Below are positions 9,159 to 18,989 of a stretch of DNA of 64,000 nt, piece after piece. Positions within the stretch are counted from its first letter, which is position 1. Each line of letters opens with the position of its first letter. Source of the stretch: a virus; the IMG/VR virus record IMGVR_UViG_3300023179_000001, positions 1 through 64,000 of that record; one strand, given 5' to 3'. The notes below the pieces were generated by a model, which saw only the letters and a program-made list of their open reading frames with translations, made no database searches and was not told the DNA's origin. The position numbers and the translations under genes were made by a program.

Positions 9159-11027
9159 CTAAACTGCGATTTCCAAAGGTACAGGTTCTTTTAAATTACG
9201 AATTTTTACAATCATATTGATCAAAGTAGTGTTGCCTTCTTCTTTTACGTCCAAATATGGCACCGAATCAATCCTTGGATCTTGGCCTAGTGTGCTTACT
9301 ATTTTATTTCTAATTTCTCCAACATTCTTCACTTTTCTACCAATTTCTAATCCAACTCCTATTTCTGGGTGTCTTTTTAATGATCCAGGCTCAAGTCCCA
9401 GTTTAATTAAAATTGCTTGAGCAATATTATCAATACCTGCGTATAAATCAAAATCACCAAAATTTGCGAATACCAAATCATTATTTTCATCAATTCTTAG
9501 ATCAACGCCAAGGTTCTTTTCGCTTTGAGTTAAAAACTTAGTTATTTCGTATTCTATGTTTTGAGCTACCCCAGTGCCGTTCAACGATGGGGATGACTGT
9601 GGAATTAAAATCTTATCCCCTGGTTTTAAAACACCTGAGCCCCCAGTGGCCGAAATGTATGGCGGCTTGAGGTTGTTTAATAAAACAATTTCTCTAAACT
9701 TATCTGGATCTCCAAGCTCTCGTGCTGCAAGAGTTTGAACTGTGTCTTTTCCATCTATTAGGGCCACTTTTGTAGATGACGGTCTGTTCAAAACCAAATC
9801 ACCAGTTGTTGTAGTGATTGTTCCATCATCTGCTACCAATCTTTTTTGAAAGATTGCCTCAACACTGGTTGATTTTGAATCTGGATCTTCAACAAAAAGA
9901 GCTTTGTTTTGTAATATTATAAGAAGGCCACGTTTGGCAGAAGCTATCGCATTTAAAACTTTAAGCTCTTGATAGGTAGGTGTTCTTGAAACTGTCGATT
10001 TCAAAGTGGAAACCCTGCCCGTTGCGGCATTGTATTTGGAAATATCAACGCCAAAAACTTCATTTAAGTTTGCTTCTAGCGATGCAAGTTCGGTGTGTAG
10101 TTGAGACGTATATCGTCTTGTGATTCCGAATGGGCCAAGCAATGCCTCCTTGCCGCCTTTAATAGCCACGAGCGCAGCATTGATGTTTCTCAAGGGCTCT
10201 AAAATCGTATTGACCACGTTTCTTTCGGTTCTTCTAATCAATCCAATAGAACCATTGATGATTTGAGTGGCATAGCTAATCAAGTCAAAAGCCGAGTCTA
10301 TTGCGTCCAATAGAGATGCAAGCCAGTTTTTTACAACGGGCTTTATTTCTGCCATCCCTATGCCCTTCATCGCTATCTGATATTCATATAGGAATGGCTT
10401 TGAAGCAGAACGCTTCATTGTAAACTTTTGAGGTTCTACATAGATGTGCTCATTGTCCTTGTAGTTTTTAAATATTAGTCTTAGTTCCCCATTTTGATTG
10501 TCCGAACCATCTAATCTTTTCGCTTCGACATAAGCTCTGAAATACGATCTTAATTCATGAAATTCTTTAAACCCAGAATGTCCACCAGCCATCACTGGAG
10601 CACCTGAATTTTTTTTAGCTCCACCTTCTTTTCTTAGCGGAGAAACACCAGTGACACCCTGAATAACAATGTCTTTTATGGTGACACCTTGATGCTCCAC
10701 AACAACGCCACGGAATGTTGGAGTAACCTGAATTGCGAAAACTTCGTCCTGACTTAATTCTTGAGGATTGATTTGGAGCTTAAACTCTCTCCAATCTTTT
10801 TCATCTTTTGTAGATCCATCTGCGTTTACTCGAACTACTTTAAAAGCATAACCTTTAGAAGAGTTCCATTCTCCTTTGTCGTAATTACCCAAATCGTTTG
10901 TGATTTTAGATAATTTTTGTCCACCAGGCTCATTGGGATATGTTTTTGGGGGATTCGATCCAAGGAGAGAATTTATTGCACCGACAAGATCTTCAGAAAC
11001 GGTATTTATTAACTGGCCGATGCCCAT
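9159..11027 (-). CDS. Baseplate protein: tube-initiator-like N-terminus, LysM-like domain, gp25/gpW-like C-terminus
   Basis: LQINPQELS; DTVQTLAARELGDPDKFREIVLLNNL...LKPGDKILIP (LysM-like); NIAQAILIKL...GSLKRHPEIG...QDPRI (gp25-like). Confidence 0.7.
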   Translation of the reverse strand: MGIGQLINTVSEDLVGAINSLLGSNPPKTYPNEPGGQKLSKITNDLGNYDKGEWNSSKGYAFKVVRVNADGSTKDEKDWREFKLQINPQELSQDEVFAIQVTPTFRGVVVEHQGVTIKDIVIQGVTGVSPLRKEGGAKKNSGAPVMAGGHSGFKEFHELRSYFRAYVEAKRLDGSDNQNGELRLIFKNYKDNEHIYVEPQKFTMKRSASKPFLYEYQIAMKGIGMAEIKPVVKNWLASLLDAIDSAFDLISYATQIINGSIGLIRRTERNVVNTILEPLRNINAALVAIKGGKEALLGPFGITRRYTSQLHTELASLEANLNEVFGVDISKYNAATGRVSTLKSTVSRTPTYQELKVLNAIASAKRGLLIILQNKALFVEDPDSKSTSVEAIFQKRLVADDGTITTTTGDLVLNRPSSTKVALIDGKDTVQTLAARELGDPDKFREIVLLNNLKPPYISATGGSGVLKPGDKILIPQSSPSLNGTGVAQNIEYEITKFLTQSEKNLGVDLRIDENNDLVFANFGDFDLYAGIDNIAQAILIKLGLEPGSLKRHPEIGVGLEIGRKVKNVGEIRNKIVSTLGQDPRIDSVPYLDVKEEGNTTLINMIVKIRNLKEPVPLEIAV

Positions 11028-11084
11028 TGGTTCCTCTAAAAGCCAAAAGTTGTACTGTTCAACTTTTCAATCTAACTGCCATCC

Positions 11085-11111
11085 TTATCGGATACACTTT
11101 ATATTTGTTTA
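11085..11111 (-). promoter_or_regulatory. Sigma28-type promoter candidate TAAA-N15-TCCGATAA
   Basis: Minus strand reads TAAA caaatataaagtgta TCCGATAA, upstream of the baseplate genes. Confidence 0.55.
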
Positions 11112-12547
11112 ACTATTCTAGCCGATTCTGCTGCTTTGTAATCCGAAGATACTGTGACATCCAAGGTCAAAGTGCTTCCAAAAATGCTTGCGATATTTAC
11201 ATCTATAACTGGCTGCGTCGAACTCATCACTTTCGCTGGGCCAGCAGTTAGTCCAGTGGAATCTGTGACTGTGATTTGATTGGTGCCATTTGCATTGGCT
11301 CCAAGTGCTTTGACGGTAAAAGCAGCAGAGTCCCTGTCTACTTGATTTTGAAAACTAACAATCATGTTTGTAAATAGAGCGATTCCCAAATCTGAGTTGT
11401 AGTAGGATCTAAGAGTCCCACCGCCCTTATTTAAACGCACGTCAAGGCTGCTGAAGAGATTAAAATAGTTCCCATCGCCAGAGTATGTCCCATCTGGATT
11501 CTGTGTAATAGAGCCAAGCCTCGTCGTTATTTGAGTCGCTCTGGCAGGGATCTCGGTCAATCTGGTGCTAAGTAGAGTTTCTATTTCTGACAAATTATTT
11601 CCAAACCTGCTAGTAGATCCAGTCTGAGGATAGCCTTGCCACGTTGCAACACTAGAAATCCTAGTATCAAGAGTAGTCTTTGTTGCTGTTATTTCTGCGG
11701 CTTCTGCTCCTGTCGCATCATTGGCAAGTAAAGCCACCTTTTGAGCATCAAGGGCAGTTTTAACTAGACCAACTTTTGTGTCAATATCACCCTCTAAAGC
11801 CAAAAGTAATGCGGTCTCCCCCGCATTAGATCCTGATCCGCTATTTCGTTGGGAGAGTGTAAAACCAGAAAATGAGTTTTTAACTGTGGCTCCTATTGCG
11901 ATTCCTGCGTAACTACTGCTAGAAAATATAATGCTAACTTGCATGGGCGTACCCGTGAGAGGTACTGCGACTCCGATAGATGTAATTGTCCCGTAAAGAA
12001 AGTTCGATCCACTCGTAAATAAAACCTTATCTCCTACGGCAAACCCAACGGCAGAGGTAACGCTTACGGTATCTGTTGTAAAAGCCCCTTTTGTAGTTGT
12101 AGTAGCAGAGCCACTGCTAAACCCACTTTTCATTAGAGAGATTGCATCATTCGCTACAGGAATCGCATCGTTTTCATTATTGGCATAAGTGCCAACTGGC
12201 TCTCCTTCATTTGATGCGTGTTTCTTGGGTTGAAAATTAACCCACACAGGGGCGGCCATCGGAAAATGAATATTCCCATCTGCGAGTTGTCCAGATGATT
12301 GAATGTTGGCTGTATCGTAATTTGTTTTAGAAACACCGTTTAGGTTTTTTAGCTCTGTATGATACTGAGAAATGATATTAAGCCAGTTGTTTGTGTAAAC
12401 CGCATTGGTGTTATCTGTGGCTAGGTACTGAGCCTTCTGTGCAATTAGATTGGCTTTATCTGCCTCTAAAGATGCAATCGTGGTTGGAGCGTCTAAAATC
12501 TTCTGAGTTAGCTCTTTAATTTGATCGTTTGTAAAAGTCAGAGCCAT
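11099..12547 (-). CDS. Virion structural protein (baseplate/tail tip)
   Basis: 482 aa, A/S/T/G-rich, between the spike and baseplate genes. Confidence 0.55.
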   Translation of the reverse strand: MALTFTNDQIKELTQKILDAPTTIASLEADKANLIAQKAQYLATDNTNAVYTNNWLNIISQYHTELKNLNGVSKTNYDTANIQSSGQLADGNIHFPMAAPVWVNFQPKKHASNEGEPVGTYANNENDAIPVANDAISLMKSGFSSGSATTTTKGAFTTDTVSVTSAVGFAVGDKVLFTSGSNFLYGTITSIGVAVPLTGTPMQVSIIFSSSSYAGIAIGATVKNSFSGFTLSQRNSGSGSNAGETALLLALEGDIDTKVGLVKTALDAQKVALLANDATGAEAAEITATKTTLDTRISSVATWQGYPQTGSTSRFGNNLSEIETLLSTRLTEIPARATQITTRLGSITQNPDGTYSGDGNYFNLFSSLDVRLNKGGGTLRSYYNSDLGIALFTNMIVSFQNQVDRDSAAFTVKALGANANGTNQITVTDSTGLTAGPAKVMSSTQPVIDVNIASIFGSTLTLDVTVSSDYKAAESARIVKQI

Positions 12548-13572
12548 TATGCACTTTTTACCTTTGGAGATCCCTGTACTATCTGGGCGACTATTGGAGC
12601 ACCAAGATTCCCAGTGCCGATAACCATGTCCCCCAAGCGTGCTACTGGAGGCCCACCGCCCCCCAAATTTACAGCAGATCCATCAACCTTGGTTAATGAT
12701 CCACCACTCCCTACGGTGGTTCCCCCAGATCCCTCAAACTTAGCTTGTCCACTAGCAGAGACAGTGGCATTTCCACTGACATTTACTGTGGCATTTCCAG
12801 CTACAGTAACCTCAACTGCTCCACTTTTCATTTCTATTTTATTAGTAAACTTATCTTCTACGACAATCCCAGCATCACTCAAAATAACTTTGTTATCCTG
12901 AGCATAGGCTTCTAGCTTTTTATCTTTCTTGGTGAGCTTCATCCTCAAATCTGAGGTGCCAGAAGTGCCGTGAGTGTTGATTTCAATGTCCCCGTTTCCA
13001 GCGATATTGATTTGGGAATCTACTGCATCTTGATTTTCAATCTTTCCATCTGGGGCTTTTCTGCCAACTTGTTTTAGGCTTAGATTTGAGTCTTTATCAA
13101 TTCTGATTTCAACGCCATTAAATTCTTCTACTGAGAACCTGCCATCCGATTCTTTGCTTTTCTTATACTTTGGATGTTGCGGATGCTCTGAGGCCCCTAA
13201 AATAATTGGAATGTCTCCATTCCCTTCAAGAAACATTACATAAACAAATTCACCGTCCAAATCATTATCAAAAACAGATTGGTTTATTTTACCTTTTTGA
13301 GAATGTTCTACGTTTTTATAGATACGTTCTTGGTAGTTGTAGATTGCTCCACCCTTTCTTAAATCAACTGCATTTGGGTAGAGTTGTCCTTTTACTTTTA
13401 CAACGTATTCAACTCTTTCATTGGTAATGTTTTCTTTGGATTCTGGATAAACAACTTTGTAGACCATTCCCTTATACAAACCAAACATGGAATAGTGACC
13501 ACCACTAGATCTTCTTTTAGAAACTGGGATTCCAGAAGGAATCACGCTGCCATCTGGCTTGTATTTAGCCAT
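12547..13572 (-). CDS. Central baseplate spike (gpV/gp5-like) with PAAR-like tip
   Basis: OB-fold-like N-terminus (VYVMFLEGNGDIPIILG), beta-helix repeats VTVAGNATVNVSGNATV, C-terminal PVARLGD...IVQGSPKV. Confidence 0.75.
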   Translation of the reverse strand: MAKYKPDGSVIPSGIPVSKRRSSGGHYSMFGLYKGMVYKVVYPESKENITNERVEYVVKVKGQLYPNAVDLRKGGAIYNYQERIYKNVEHSQKGKINQSVFDNDLDGEFVYVMFLEGNGDIPIILGASEHPQHPKYKKSKESDGRFSVEEFNGVEIRIDKDSNLSLKQVGRKAPDGKIENQDAVDSQINIAGNGDIEINTHGTSGTSDLRMKLTKKDKKLEAYAQDNKVILSDAGIVVEDKFTNKIEMKSGAVEVTVAGNATVNVSGNATVSASGQAKFEGSGGTTVGSGGSLTKVDGSAVNLGGGGPPVARLGDMVIGTGNLGAPIVAQIVQGSPKVKSA

Positions 13573-15214
13573 CTTTCGTTACCTTTGTTTGAGCCAAGTA
13601 AACTGGTGGTAGTTCATCATCATCAGATCCAAAATCTCTGTCAGACAGATCGATAAAGATATTTCCATCCTTGGGCCTGAAAAATTGTCCATGGGTTACG
13701 GTGAAAATTGTTCTCCATGTACCAGGGAATGTCCAAGTGTGCTCATAACCTTCGATGTAATAAACTTTCTTTTTACCATTTTCTTTTGTTGGCAAAACCA
13801 CAAGTGCTTTTCCTAATTGAGCATGAAGGACACCAGTGCACTCAATAGTTCCATTGTCGTAAAGATGATTGGCATAGTTCATATCATAAGTTTGAACCAT
13901 AAAAGCCTTAAACAAATCAATCTGAGAATATGCAGCCAAATTTTTAAATGGCTTATCAAATTCTATCAATTTCTGAAAACGCCTTAGCCCGTGCCTTGTA
14001 ATAGATTCTCTAGAAAAAAATGGATTTCCAATACCTTCTTTTGTGGTCAACAAGTTTGAATAAATGGATTTTGTATAATCCATTGCATTGTTGCTTACCA
14101 AAAGAAACATATTCAACCTTGAATGATCATCTCTCCCAAGGTCTTCATAAATAATTTCAGATTGAGAAATCTCTATTCCATTTTTTCCAAGATCTTGAAG
14201 GCTTTGATACTTATTATTTAAAATTGGCAATATTTTGTCTTTTTCTTTTCCAAACTGAGATGTTTTGTCTTTTCCAACATCAAAAAAAGGCGTGTTGTAC
14301 GGTCTTGGATGCAAAGATATTGTTGGTTTGGCATTGCCAGCTTCATCCCTATACTCATCAACAATCAAAGAATTAACTAAATCATTAGAACAATTTTTTA
14401 AGTTTTCCCACAGATTTGCATTGTCTCCCAAAGACAACATCCCTCTTACTTTAAATCCTGGTAAATCTGGTTCTATCTCTTTGTTTAAAATACTATCAAA
14501 ATAACGCCTAACCGATCCGTCGGCTGGGGTTCCAAACAATTCGAGACATCCAAGCGGCATACGCCACTGATCTAAAGGAGATGTTTTTTGCTTATCAAAC
14601 TGAGCACCACTACCTAAAAAAACTTTTAAAACCTTTTCAACTTGTTCTGTTGGACTTCCAATTATTTCAAGACCAGCAGTTCTAACAACAACATCTAAAA
14701 CTTGTTGTTGGTTAATATAAGGATCAAACCACAAATCAGTTTCTTCAAAAACTTTTCCGAAATTTCTTCCAGACACCCTGTATCTTAATTCTGTCTTGTC
14801 TGTATCTTCGTTTTTAGAAAGCGTCCTAGACACTCTGTCTATATTGCCAAACAAAACCAAATTTTTTTGTTTTGGCATATGATATGTGCCAACTGGACTT
14901 TGAGATGAAGAATAAAGATAAATTGCAATCCAATCGCCTGGAGACAAAACCTGTTTCCAGTTTTCAGTAGGCATCAAAGAGATTTCAAAAGAAGCAGATG
15001 GTCTATCGACAGATTTTGATATTTTTACAGACAAGATTGGTGTTTCTATCCAACCCTCTCTTGTTTCATAAGCGTCTTTGTGCTCATCTCTAACATTTGA
15101 CGCAACTCCAAAGTTTTGTCTTTCCCAATGCCAATAATAAATTCTGGCAAACGATGTTTTTGATGCTATTTCTCTTTTAGAGAGTGTTGCACCAACCTTA
15201 GAAAGCTCTGCCAT
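13565..15214 (-). CDS. Baseplate hub protein (gp27/Mu gp44-like)
   Basis: ISKSVDRPSASFEISL, LFGNIDRVSR, RVSGRNFGKVF, YYIEGYEHTW; between tape measure and spike. Confidence 0.7.
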   Translation of the reverse strand: MAELSKVGATLSKREIASKTSFARIYYWHWERQNFGVASNVRDEHKDAYETREGWIETPILSVKISKSVDRPSASFEISLMPTENWKQVLSPGDWIAIYLYSSSQSPVGTYHMPKQKNLVLFGNIDRVSRTLSKNEDTDKTELRYRVSGRNFGKVFEETDLWFDPYINQQQVLDVVVRTAGLEIIGSPTEQVEKVLKVFLGSGAQFDKQKTSPLDQWRMPLGCLELFGTPADGSVRRYFDSILNKEIEPDLPGFKVRGMLSLGDNANLWENLKNCSNDLVNSLIVDEYRDEAGNAKPTISLHPRPYNTPFFDVGKDKTSQFGKEKDKILPILNNKYQSLQDLGKNGIEISQSEIIYEDLGRDDHSRLNMFLLVSNNAMDYTKSIYSNLLTTKEGIGNPFFSRESITRHGLRRFQKLIEFDKPFKNLAAYSQIDLFKAFMVQTYDMNYANHLYDNGTIECTGVLHAQLGKALVVLPTKENGKKKVYYIEGYEHTWTFPGTWRTIFTVTHGQFFRPKDGNIFIDLSDRDFGSDDDELPPVYLAQTKVTKDG

Positions 15215-17634
15215 CAGTACCCCACTCCTGCTTTTGTACTACCATTTAAAATTTCTGCAAAACTGGGATACCTTGAACTCATAGAAGATGATGATGAAGT
15301 TGAATTCAAAGATCTTAAAATATCTGTGAGTCTTTTAATTGCTTCCGTGTTGTCTCCGACCGCAGAAGTATTTTCTGGATCGTTGGTATTTGTTTTTGGC
15401 GTAGGAGGGGGCGTAGGAGCATAGTAAGGAGGAATTGCATATCTTGATGCAAAGTCTCTTTCTGGTGAAAATTGAGTACCAGGAGATCTTGGAACAGGCG
15501 TACTATTTAAAAATTCCGTTCCAAAAGAAGACGGCCTAGTAATACCTGTCGATATTGCTGCATCTGGAGACAGGCTAGATGTCCTTGGTGAAAATTGAGT
15601 GTCAGTAGAGTTTGGAACTGGCGTTCCATCTGGTAAAAACTTCTCTGCTCCGAAGGAAGCTGCTGAAAGGGCTCCAGAAATTAGTGTGCCTGGGCCTGGG
15701 AACAGTCCAGCCACTCCTGCTCCAACGGATGTGCTCATTACTGCCAAGTCTTTTGCTGTTATTTCTTCTCCGTTTTGATATTTTTCAATCACATCATAAA
15801 CATCTTTTGCTGCCAAAGCGATTCCAAGACCAGGAACAAGTTTGCCAGCATTTTTGCCTAGCATTTTCCCTGCTCCCATTGCACCTTTACCCAATAACTT
15901 ACCTGCTCCCATTGCACCTTTGCCAATGGTATTGCCTGCTTTCATTGCACCTTTACCAATAGTCTTACCCATTTCCAATCCACCATTGCCTAAAGATCCC
16001 GCTATGGAAACCGCAGTAAGGGCGGTAAGTGCTGCCGTTGCTGCCACTGCCGTTTTACCGAACGTGGCTAGATTGTCGGAAGATATATTAAGGCTTTCGT
16101 CAAACTTTACAACCACACCACTAATGTCTTTAGCCATCTTGTCCATGGCGTATTCAATTTTGGCCCCAGTTTTTGTTACTCGACCATCGAATGTGTCAAA
16201 AGTACTTTTTATTTTGTCTTCTGGATTCATGTTCGACTTGCGAATTTCATCCATACTCTTTTTAGAAATCTTCCCACCGCCCGACACATAGTCTCTCAAT
16301 ACAGCATCCGCACCCAATGGGTTGAGACTAAATCTTTGCATTATCTCATTTAAAACTGCTCCCAACTCTGCTGGGCTTCCCTTTTCCTTGTCTATCCCTA
16401 AAGTTTGGAACATTTGCTCGATTTCTTTTGAGACTATATCGCTACCACTAAGAGACAACATTTGAGCAAGCTCTGGACTACCGCCATACTTTTTATTTGA
16501 ATAAAACTCCATCCTAGCTTTTCGTTCTTCGGGCTTTTCATTTTCTCTGCCCAAAGATCCAAACAACTGCATTTGTCTTCTTACTTCAACGGCTGCTGGA
16601 CTTGCACCAGGAACCAAACTCAAAAGAGCCCTTGATGCTTGAGCTTGTTGAAATCTATCATTCCCAGAAAAAGAAGAATTAAATCCTTTAGCCGCTTCTA
16701 ATATCTTTGACGGATCGTTTTGAAAATTTGGCATTGATGCCAATACACCAGCGAACCCCTGCAATGAACTATTATCAATGTTCACGCCTTGAGCTAACTG
16801 AGAAATACCATCGCTCATTGTTGCTAAAAACTCTCCAATCACTGAGTTTTTTAACCCTGCTGCTGTGGCTATTCCTATGGTTTGGGCAAACGCTTTTTGT
16901 TGATCTTGAACACCAGCCCTTCTAGCAGTGCCCATGAAATTACCCTGCTCTTGAGCAGATATTCCATAAGCCCTTTCAGCCGATTCTCCTAATCCCAAAC
17001 CTTTGTTTTGTTCTTCAATCGAAAGATCTTTTCCAGAAGCTCTGGCTATTTCTAAAAGCCTTTGTCTTCTTTCTTCTGATGTAAAACCAAGATTTGATCT
17101 TTCTTCTGTAACGGCACCGCCAACAAAAGGGGCAATGGCATTTCTTTCTTGAGAGATGCCACGTTGACGCTGAAACAACGAACCCACACCAACAGTTAGC
17201 CCAATCGCTCCTGCGGCTCCTGCTATCATGTTTACGCCACGGCCAGCCTTTGAACCGAATGGAGAAAAATTCTCCATTTTGTCAAAAATGGCAGAAAGAC
17301 CAGATTTTTTTTCTAAAGATTTTTGAGTCGTTTCTATTTCTTTTAATTTGCGAATGTATTTGTCTAAAAGCTTCAGAGCCAAATCAACCTTGGCAGAATC
17401 GATCAACTCCGACTCAGGCATGGACTCGATTGATTTTTTAATTCTATTTATTCGACTTTGGACTTGTTCTTCGGCCTTTTTTAAATCTTCTGAAATCCTT
17501 TTTGATATAAACGCAGTGGATTTTGGATCTATCTTTTCTGATCCGATGGCACGGATGGACGCTTTTACTTTTTCTATATCTTTTCTAAAATCTGCCGTTT
17601 CAGCAGTAATTTTAATTCTAGCTTGTCGTGCCAT
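15214..17634 (-). CDS. Tape measure protein
   Basis: 806 aa, A/G-rich helical; RIKITAETADFRK N-terminus; 11-aa GKGAMGAGKLL repeats; follows the chaperones. Confidence 0.85.
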   Translation of the reverse strand: MARQARIKITAETADFRKDIEKVKASIRAIGSEKIDPKSTAFISKRISEDLKKAEEQVQSRINRIKKSIESMPESELIDSAKVDLALKLLDKYIRKLKEIETTQKSLEKKSGLSAIFDKMENFSPFGSKAGRGVNMIAGAAGAIGLTVGVGSLFQRQRGISQERNAIAPFVGGAVTEERSNLGFTSEERRQRLLEIARASGKDLSIEEQNKGLGLGESAERAYGISAQEQGNFMGTARRAGVQDQQKAFAQTIGIATAAGLKNSVIGEFLATMSDGISQLAQGVNIDNSSLQGFAGVLASMPNFQNDPSKILEAAKGFNSSFSGNDRFQQAQASRALLSLVPGASPAAVEVRRQMQLFGSLGRENEKPEERKARMEFYSNKKYGGSPELAQMLSLSGSDIVSKEIEQMFQTLGIDKEKGSPAELGAVLNEIMQRFSLNPLGADAVLRDYVSGGGKISKKSMDEIRKSNMNPEDKIKSTFDTFDGRVTKTGAKIEYAMDKMAKDISGVVVKFDESLNISSDNLATFGKTAVAATAALTALTAVSIAGSLGNGGLEMGKTIGKGAMKAGNTIGKGAMGAGKLLGKGAMGAGKMLGKNAGKLVPGLGIALAAKDVYDVIEKYQNGEEITAKDLAVMSTSVGAGVAGLFPGPGTLISGALSAASFGAEKFLPDGTPVPNSTDTQFSPRTSSLSPDAAISTGITRPSSFGTEFLNSTPVPRSPGTQFSPERDFASRYAIPPYYAPTPPPTPKTNTNDPENTSAVGDNTEAIKRLTDILRSLNSTSSSSSMSSRYPSFAEILNGSTKAGVGY

Positions 17635-18149
17635 TAGAATACGTCCTCAAATTCATCTTCACTTACAAAAGAAGATTTCTGCACCGTTGGCTTAATCTTG
17701 TCTTTGCCAAGGTTGGCTATAATCTCTTCTTCTTCGGCTTTGGTTAGCTCTCGATCATCCTTCCATTTAGAGAGATCAAACGTATTTCTTTCAAAAAACT
17801 TCTTATTTTTAAGTTTAAGCTCTTTTTCATACTCAGCCGAGACTTTTTCTTCTTGGACTTCATACTGAGGATTGAGGGAGGCTTGTCGAATAGAATCCAT
17901 GAGCTTTTCAGCTTCTTGGGGATTCCGTTCGTAGTAGTCCTCCAGCATCTCTATCCTAATCTCTTCGGCTGTATAGTCCATTATCGGTTTAGGAGGAGTC
18001 TTGTACTTCCTCATCATAAACCTAACCAATGCACGATTTGGATCTTGGAGATTACTAATAGCTATAAGATGTAAATTCAGATCAGGTAGATGCTGAGACA
18101 GCCGACTCTGAATCTGTCTTTTTTGTATCGACATCTTGTGGGTTTCCAC
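17634..18149 (-). CDS. Tail assembly chaperone, downstream (T-like) part; start uncertain
   Basis: Overlaps the upstream chaperone in the +1 frame; stop abuts the tape measure start. Confidence 0.65.
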   Translation of the reverse strand: METHKMSIQKRQIQSRLSQHLPDLNLHLIAISNLQDPNRALVRFMMRKYKTPPKPIMDYTAEEIRIEMLEDYYERNPQEAEKLMDSIRQASLNPQYEVQEEKVSAEYEKELKLKNKKFFERNTFDLSKWKDDRELTKAEEEEIIANLGKDKIKPTVQKSSFVSEDEFEDVF

Positions 18150-18495
18150 TCAAAAGTTTGTTTCTGAATTCTTCTTCAAAATCAGCACACTTTTTGTAGA
18201 TATGTTCGATCACGTTTCTATCCCAGATGTTTCCACCAAAATCGGCAGCTTTCCACCAATCTGGAAACTCTTTTAGAGTCCATCTAAGATGAGAAATCAT
18301 GATATTGAAATCGTCTATGAGTGGATCAACCGTTCGTAGGTCGCCTGAGAGTCTGGCTCTCATAGCTTCGATAAGTGATCGTTCACTTAGAGTAGGTCTT
18401 CGGTAAAGAAAGGTTCCAGTCCAAGGAATCCCAGTTTCTTCACCGACAACACTGATGTCGAAACGATATTCCATCTTTGGCATCTTATAGGTCAT
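18082..18495 (-). CDS. Tail assembly chaperone (G-like)
   Basis: Between tube and tape measure; GTFLYRRPTL...LKEFPDWW; AGGAG RBS. Confidence 0.75.
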   Translation of the reverse strand: MTYKMPKMEYRFDISVVGEETGIPWTGTFLYRRPTLSERSLIEAMRARLSGDLRTVDPLIDDFNIMISHLRWTLKEFPDWWKAADFGGNIWDRNVIEHIYKKCADFEEEFRNKLLSGNPQDVDTKKTDSESAVSAST

Positions 18496-18527
18496 TCAAA
18501 TATCTCCTTGTTCAATCTAACAATTAT

Positions 18528-18547
18528 GGGGGAGTTTTACCTCCCCC
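18528..18547 (-). terminator. Stem-loop after the tail tube gene
   Basis: GGGGGAG-gtaaaa-CTCCCCC; weak U tract. Confidence 0.55.
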
Positions 18548-18562
18548 GAAAATGCCTAGGGA

Positions 18563-18976
18563 TTATTGTCCAGCTTCGTCTGAGGACTTAATACCCTTGA
18601 AGTTCCAGCTTTCGCTCATCACGCCTCTAGCATCGACCGAGGTTTGTCTGGATTCTAGTTTTACACCTTCCATGAGAAGGATAACCGCTCCAGAGACTCT
18701 ATCGACCACTTCAGCCGTCAAAACTCCTTGAGTTAAGATTTGGCCGAGTCGTGGCATGATTCCAAGCTGCTTAACGCTTTCATTAGCTACTCGAAACGAT
18801 TGGCAGGACAGGTCAACCCTGTACCCAACCTCTGCGTATTCGAGTACTTCCAACTTATCAAGCACGTTAACTTCTTCTAATTGGATATTTTCGTTAAAGG
18901 TAACGCTTGATGCGTAGGCTACTTGAACCCCATTTAATCGGAAAATCGCTTTCGCTCCTGTCATTACTTGGCTCAT
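18563..18976 (-). CDS. Tail tube protein
   Basis: 137 aa directly after the sheath; GAKAIFRLNGVQVAYASSV. Confidence 0.85.
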   Translation of the reverse strand: MSQVMTGAKAIFRLNGVQVAYASSVTFNENIQLEEVNVLDKLEVLEYAEVGYRVDLSCQSFRVANESVKQLGIMPRLGQILTQGVLTAEVVDRVSGAVILLMEGVKLESRQTSVDARGVMSESWNFKGIKSSDEAGQ

Positions 18977-18989
18977 CGATCATCCCTCC

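Noticed and set aside
18118-18124. Canonical -1 frameshift giving the long chaperone
   Set aside because: The -1 frame stops shortly afterwards; the downstream ORF is in +1
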